A stretch of 64,000 nucleotides of DNA, taken from assembly GCA_964016885.1 (NCBI GenBank), contig OZ024742.1, positions 162,192,001-162,256,000 of the forward strand, given 5' to 3'. This stretch comes from Eledone cirrhosa. Its lineage: Eukaryota. Of this stretch, positions 57,372-64,000 are shown in pieces (the first letter of the stretch is position 1; every line of letters starts with the position of its first letter). Made by a program: the position numbers and the translations under genes. A model generated the notes under the pieces. That model searched no databases, was not told the DNA's origin, and was given only the letters and a program-made list of their open reading frames with translations.

Positions 57372-57593
57372 TGGTAGATTGGCAGTATTGTTAGAGCATC
57401 AGACACCCTGCTTTCCAGCATAGAGTTATGACCCTTTGTGTTCTGAGTTCAAATCCCGCTGAGGTTAGCTTTGCCTTTCATCCTTACAGGGTCAATAAAA
57501 TAAAGTACCAGTAATTCACTGGGGTCAGTTTAATTGAAATTCTCTGCCCCCAAAATTGCTGGCCTCATGCCTAAAGTAGAAACAATTATTATT
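57372..57593 (+). mobile_element. tRNA-derived SINE (Meta/MESC-like), same family as 45950-46133
   Basis: A and B boxes, GCCTTTCATCCTTACAGGGTCAATAAAATAAAGTACCAG, 3' GCCTAAAGTAGAAAC. Confidence 0.85.
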
Positions 57594-58302
57594 AAACAAC
57601 ATGCGTTAGTGTCTTGGATCACTGAAAACAAGAGAGGTGCTGACTGTATAGCTTCATGAGAAAGGTAACACAAAGCCAATGTTCAGAAGAGAAAATAACT
57701 ATAAATTATCAAAATAAATTATTGCTGATGGTGTTGTTGCTGCAAAGCTCCAGACTGGTCATGATCTTAGAGACCTTTGTTGAATAGTTAGTCCCAGCAT
57801 AGAAGCTCCCTTTTGGCTCATACTATATGAGAAGGCATGTGATCTAGGGGTTAGTATGTTGGGTTCACAATAATAAGCTTGAAGGTTTGATTCTCAAATA
57901 AAACATTTCATTTCACATCACTTCAATTGATCAGCTGAAAATGAGTACCAATAGCAGTTAAGGGCTAACCCTGAATTGGTTAGGCCCTCTGTACACTCAG
58001 TCACTTAATGGCAATGAAAACTGGGATATACTCCAACATTGTCCAACCCATACAAGCGTGGAAAATTGAATGTAAAAAAATAATTCCAATTAAGTGTTAG
58101 TTCATGCAATGATTACAGAGTTACAATTATATATATATGGTTGGCATTAGGAAGACCATCCAGTCATAGAAAACCAGCCAGAAACACCCTGTATGAGCGA
58201 GACACGGTCACCCGACACAACTTGCCTCAAAATAGGACCCATCTAACCCATGCTAGTGTGGAAGATGGACGTTAATCGATGATGATGATGATGATATATA
58301 TA

Positions 58303-58717
58303 TATGGTAGTGAGACATGGGCAGAAACTGCAGAGGATATGAGATGGCTGGAGAGAAATGAGGCAAGCATGCTCCGTCGGATGTGCAATGTCAATATGCG
58401 TGAACAACCGAGCATGAATGTGTTGAGAGAGATAAATTGTAGTGTGCGGAAGAGGAGACTGTGATGGTATGGACATGTGATGCGTATGAAGGATGACTGA
58501 TGGGTGAAGAAGTGCCAAGAAATGCCAGTTGAAGGAAGACATAGTAGAGGAAGACCAAGAACAAAATGGGCGGAAGGGGTGAGAGCAGACCTCAGATTGC
58601 TGAAGTGCACGGTGGAGATGACGAAGGACCGTGACAAGTGAAGAGATGCTGTGCTGAATAGGATCTGTCCCACCCTTGCAAGCAGGGAAAAGCAGACGTA
58701 AAATGATGATGATGATG

Positions 58718-58719
<2 letters not shown>
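58303..58719 (+). mobile_element. RTE LINE 3' fragment
   Basis: YGSETW..LERNEASMLRRM..RRL*WYGHVMRM..GRPRTKW..D..W..AV; (TGA)n tail. Confidence 0.88.
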
Positions 58720-58750
<31 letters not shown>

Positions 58751-59004
58751 TATAAATGTATGCATAGTATATTTGGCAATATACAGTATGTTTAATTATA
58801 ATTTTAAAGTAGTGACTATGTCACTTACTTCTTTTCGGCGAAAGAAGACAAAGAAGCTAACAGTCTGTTTCATGCTGTTTGGCAATCATCAGAGTTACGT
58901 ACTGCCCTCTTCCACCGAAAATTATAGAAGCTGGATTCTTATAGAATTCCAGTAATAATCAGGAGCTGATTATACAGAGTGATTGCCGGTCCAGTAAAAA
59001 TTAA

Positions 59005-59196
59005 ATATTAGGATTGGTGCTCTGAAATAGTGATGTATACATGAATGTATGCATAGTATATTTGGCAATATACCGTATGTTTAATTAAAAACGTTTTGAA
59101 GACCATACGCTATCATTTTAAAGTACTGACTATTGCCAAATATACTATGCATATACTATGCATACATTCATGTGTACATTGCACCAATCCTAATAT
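59005..59196. repeat. Imperfect inverted repeat
   Basis: ATATTAGGATTGGTGC..ATGAATGTATGCATAGTATATTTGGCAATA and its reverse complement. Confidence 0.75.
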
Positions 59197-59740
59197 ATAT
59201 ATATATATATATTATCATCATCATCATCATCATCGTTTAGCGTCCATCTTCCACGCTAGCATGGGTTAGACAGGATTGTACCACTTGAAGCAAGATTGGT
59301 CAGGTGACCATGTCTCGCTCGTTTAGAACTGTATCTGGCAGGTTTTCTACAGCCCTTCCTAACACAAACCACTTTACAGTGTGGAATAGGTGCTTTTTGT
59401 CATGACACCTATACAACCACTTTACAGTGTGGACTGGATGTTCTATGGTACCAACATAACTTTACAGATACTTTATCTGTGGGTGGAAGTGGGAGGATGG
59501 AGTAGGGGTAATAGGGTGGGATGTATATTTGGTTAAGAGGTACCTAGTGACTGTAGGTTTAACTTCATACGTAAGGGAAGGTGGGTCTTCAGTATTACTG
59601 TGTAGCGGCAAAGGTCTCGATCAAGTGACATTGTCTTAGAGAGGTGTGAGTGTGCAAGGTCAGTTTTTATTGTGTTGTCTCAGGTTTTTCTGGGTCTACC
59701 TACTCCATAGCTTCCATCAATTTTGATCACCCTGCACTTT

Positions 59741-59772
<32 letters not shown>

Positions 59773-59775
59773 AAT

Positions 59776-59942
59776 GGAGAGAGAATAATCAAGTTTTCTT
59801 AAAACATTATTTTAGTCCTACATACATTTCAATGTATAATGGTGAGCTATACCATGATATACACGAAGTATAGCCCACCATTATACATTGAAATGTATGT
59901 AGGATTAAAATAATGTTTTAAGTAAACTTGGTTATTTTCTCC
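59776..59942. repeat. Inverted repeat (~75-bp arms) carrying a hammerhead-like 3' half
   Basis: GGAGAGAGAATAATCAAG...TATAC / GTATAG...TTGAAATGTATGTAGG...TTCTCC. Confidence 0.85.
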
Positions 59943-60104
59943 ATTTATTAAATTTTTGAGCTCTGCAACCTGTGGCCTAACAATCTATTGCAAAATCTAC
60001 AACGGCTGAAAACTCCCTCAACTTTGTTAGATTACTGCTGGATCAAGGAAACTGATTAGCATAGAGCTTCTATCTTCTTTACCAGGCTCTATCTTGGTAA
60101 ACTC

Positions 60105-60473
60105 CAATATAACTTTTTTGATTTTCATGTGTCTAACACACGTGGGCATGCCAACAAAGTCAGAAAACAGCACAGCTCCCATGATTTTAGGAAATATTTT
60201 TTCATGATCAGAGTTGCTGAAGCATGGAACAAACTACTTGCATCAGTTATTAGCTGCCGAGACACTGCATCCTTTAAAACCTTCATGCTTCTTGAGATTT
60301 GCCAACACTATACCTGATATCCCCCCTCCATACACATGCACACATGTATTTCATGACTCGTACACTATTCACTTTCCTGACATTTGTATATTATTCTATG
60401 TATTATACATGCACCTTTGATGAGTTGTAGTGCACCTGAGCACTGTACACAATAATTTCATTATTATTATTAT
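60105..60473 (+). mobile_element. CR1-like LINE 3' end
   Basis: TRGH..K......FRKYFF..RV..AWNKL is the typical CR1/L2 ORF2 C-terminus; (ATT)n tail. Confidence 0.82.
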
Positions 60474-60474
60474 A

Positions 60475-60511
<37 letters not shown>

Positions 60512-60746
60512 TGTGTGTGTGTGTATGTGTGTATATATAGAGATAGATAGATAGATACATAGATATATAAACATATATGAAGTGTTTGTGATACGGAGAC
60601 CAGTTAGATCAGGAGAGTGTTCGATGTACAGAGATTGTATAGTAATTAGTAAAATCCTAATGGAGGGCCTACAGTGTAAGCTTTGCAGGTCAGCTGAAAA
60701 GATGCAACCTTCCATTGGTATTTTACTAATTACTTTATATATCTAT

Positions 60747-61108
60747 ATGGAGGCACATGGCTTAGTGGTTAGAGCATTGGCCTTGCAATCGAAAGGTTGT
60801 GAGTTCAATTCTCAGACCGGGTGATGTGTTGTTTCCTTGAGCAAGACACTTTATTTCACATTGCTCCAGTTTACTCAGCTGTAGAAATAAGATGATAGGG
60901 ACTGGGGTCCATATCATTCCACTGCAAAGTGGTCGTAGAGGTGCCACGGCAAAAAAAAAAAAAAAAAAGCCCCCAGCACTCACTGTAAATGAAGTTGGTG
61001 TTAGGAAGGGCATCCAGCTGTAGAAATCAAGCCAGAATCAGTTCTCGTCCCACCCTTGCAAGCAGGGAAAAGCGGATGTAAAATGATGATGATGATGATG
61101 ATGATGAT
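60747..61108 (+). mobile_element. Full-length tRNA-derived SINE with CORE-like body and RTE-derived tail
   Basis: TGGCTTAGTGG (A box), GAGTTCAATTC (B box), TTCCTTGAGCAAGACACTTTATTTCAC, GTTAGGAAGGGCATCCAGC, tail shared with 58667-58719. Confidence 0.88.
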
Positions 61109-62442
61109 ATCTATAAATATCTTTATCTCTCTCTCTTCCCCCCCCCCCCCTCTCTCTCTCTCCCTCTGAATATATATACAATTGGAAGGTTAGTAAAATC
61201 AAAGTTGTGACGGTCGGCCAACATCCACGATAGGACAAAAATTTGGATTTGCACGAAGCACTGAATAAGAATGTATCAATAAATCGATAGGTTACACCTT
61301 AGAGTAATAAACATACGTTAGATAGCATGACAAATTGAAAACTGTGGTTAAGGGGACAAAGCCATAGAAGCCACCACAACAAAGAAAATACAATCAGATT
61401 AAATAACATATATATATACTATATTAAGGTATCATAACATATATAATATGTATGATGATTATGTTTCTCAAAAGAAAAGTTCAATGGACGTTGACCCAGA
61501 GCAACAATATATATATATTAAATGATTATGATGATGATGATGAGGAGGAGGATATATATGTATAAATGATATCTAAATTTAAGTTTACCTTGTAGAATCA
61601 GCATGTGGAGGTAGTGGTAGAGAACTTGGTGATGGATTGGTGGTTTATATCTTGTCAGGTGCACTGCATTAGAGCCATAGCCAAAACTTGTGAACAACCC
61701 AACAGAACTTTGATATAGTTAACTGCTCTGATGAACATATATGAACAGTAGTGCTGAATAAAGAATTGAGTACATGAAAATGAAAATGCCAAAGAAATAT
61801 GTTTGGTTTTGGCAGTCATATTTACAGTAAACATGAATACCTGAGTGACATTATTTAATATTTCCATCCGTGAAATTTAACAGTTGTTTATATATTAACT
61901 TGACATGGAAAGATCTGACATATGGCAGCTGAACAGAAAGATTTGTCATAAGAATTATTGTTGTTCACCTTTCCCAGATTCTTATAGCAAATTATGGGTC
62001 ATGAGTTCCAAGTGAGGAATCTATAACCAGAGGGTGGAACCCACATTAATGTTACACTGTGATATGACAGAATCGATAGAGCGTCGGACATAGAGTTTAC
62101 GGCTCTTTACATTCTAAGTTCAAATCCCGTTGAAGTTAGTTTTGCCTTTCATCCTTACGGGGTCGATAAAATAATGTACTAGGCACACGTTGGGGTTGAT
62201 TTAATTGACTTTACCCTTCCCCAAAATTGCTGGGCTTGTGCCTATATCAGAAACCATTAATGTTCCACTGTGATTGCTTTCACTTCACTAGTCATCATCA
62301 TCATCGTTTAAAGTCAATTTTTCATACTAGCATGGGTAGGACGGGCTCTCCCATCATGAGAGATTCAGGTTGGAGGACCATGTTTTGCTCACATAGAACT
62401 GATTTTGGCTTGGTTTGCCTTTCTAATGCCAACAACATTTAC

Positions 62443-62711
62443 AGTTCTAATATTATTTGGAAAGGCATGAATGCCCCAAAATCATTACTTTCACTTTACT
62501 AATAGTTCTAATATTACTTGGAAAGGCATGAATGCCATAAAATCATTACTTTCACTCCACTGATAGTTCTAATACTACTTGGAAAGACGTGAATATTTCA
62601 AAATCATTGCTTTCGCTTCAGTAATAGTTCTAACACTACTTGGAAAGGCATGAATGTTATAAAATCATTATTTTCACTTCACAAATAGTTCTAATACTAC
62701 TTGGAAAGGCA
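62443..62711. repeat. 61-bp minisatellite, ~4.4 copies
   Basis: AGTTCTAA at 62443, 62504, 62565, 62626 and 62687. Confidence 0.92.
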
Positions 62712-63106
62712 ATGGCTGTCACAAATTGATATTCTCTCACTGTTGGATAAATCTGAGGCATTGTCAATTATTAGCTGAAATCAATATATAAGAATTATTG
62801 GCTGAAATCAATACATGGAAATTATTATCAAATGGACCACAAGTTTGGTGGACAGTGTTAAATCAATCACAATATTTGACTAATATATATTCTATCAACA
62901 GAAGGAGGAAATATAAAATTGACCTCAGCACATTTTGAACTCTTAATGTAAAGAGACATAACTAGGAGCTACGTTTAGGGTAGGTGTGGATATGTGTGTG
63001 TGAGTGTATACAACGGTGCCATGCTGATTCTTTATATACCAGAGATGACAAAATGCTTGTCATTTCCTATATCCCTCTCTCACTCCCCCCTCTCTCTCTC
63101 TCTTAT

Positions 63107-63213
<107 letters not shown>

Positions 63214-63565
63214 CATGTCCATCTCAAAGACTGAAGACCATGGAGTTCTGTGTATTTCGTTTGTAAATTTATTTTCCAAAAATATTTTTAAAAAAATGTA
63301 AACTGAGTTTTTCGAATAGTAATAATAATATTTGATTCGTTTGCAATTATGCAAACAACCGCTAAGCTATGTCAGTAGAATGACTCTGTCATTCTTGCTC
63401 TTGTGTTGGCATATAAACAGAACTCCGATTTACATTTCTTGTATTCAGCCATTAGAGCGATAAAACTATTAGTTAGTTAATTTTTTAAAGCTTTCCCCTT
63501 TGTTTTGCTTTGTTTTCATTCATTGTCTTGTCTTCTCTTTGTTAATTTTCTTAAGTTTATATATA

Positions 63566-63716
63566 TAGATAATCTTCTATGTTTTATTGTATCAGTTATA
63601 TTCTAGGATGAGTGACAGGCTATAATCACGATGTCTTTGCTACCTGTGATGTTGGGTGTGTGCACATATATATATATGTGTGTGTATATATATATATACA
63701 GACACACAGACACACA

Positions 63717-63769
<53 letters not shown>

Positions 63770-63929
63770 GCAAAAGTTCTATTTAAATTGTTGGGATACA
63801 ACAAGCAAATATTTTTATAACTGATATATGTACACACACCCAACATCACAGGTAGCAAAGACATCGGGATTATAGCCTGTCACTCATCCCAGAATATAAC
63901 TGATACAATAAAACATAGAAGATTATCTA
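63566..63929. mobile_element. MITE-like/fold-back element with ~105-bp inverted repeats around a microsatellite spacer
   Basis: TAGATAATCTTCTATG...GGGTGTGTG and its reverse complement at 63824-63929. Confidence 0.6.
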
Positions 63930-64000
63930 ATAATGCATCAAAGTATTGCATAGTTGCACTGTGCAACTTGCACTCACTAATTATCTTAAAGTATAATTAT

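Noticed and set aside
60747-60820. tRNA genes at SINE heads
   Set aside because: A and B boxes are present but continue into SINE bodies; no complete cloverleaf
61585-61870. Possible host exon on the minus strand (TTNPSPSSLPLPPHADST followed by AG|GTAAAC)
   Set aside because: In-frame stop just upstream, no clear acceptor and no recognisable homology; needs RNA-seq

Overview
This is eukaryotic, AT-rich, repeat-saturated animal DNA. The SINE and microsatellite types suggest an octopod cephalopod, which is an inference. I found no convincing host gene. Almost all long ORFs in the track are translations of (TA)n, (CA)n or (ATT)n microsatellites. The real coding remnants all belong to retroelements: (i) six decayed Penelope-like elements (PLEs; RT plus GIY-YIG; five Naiad-type and one Neptune-type) lying between (TA)n tracts, several with inverted 5' pseudo-LTRs; (ii) a 15.6-kb head-to-tail array of five R4/Dong-clade non-LTR retrotransposons from two families in A-B-A-B-A order, with (TAA)n tracts between and around the copies; (iii) RTE and CR1-type LINE fragments plus tRNA-derived SINEs. 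Manual folding shows about 15 type I hammerhead ribozyme motifs in about 10 sequence families. Most have a minimal palindromic stem III, and some carry U3-A8 core variants. The most notable feature is a non-coding 463-bp tandem repeat with one perfect hammerhead per unit and a PLE-style inversion (49037-50671), which is a candidate retrozyme/circular-RNA element. A near-homogeneous 497-bp tandem array and many fold-back palindromes are also present.
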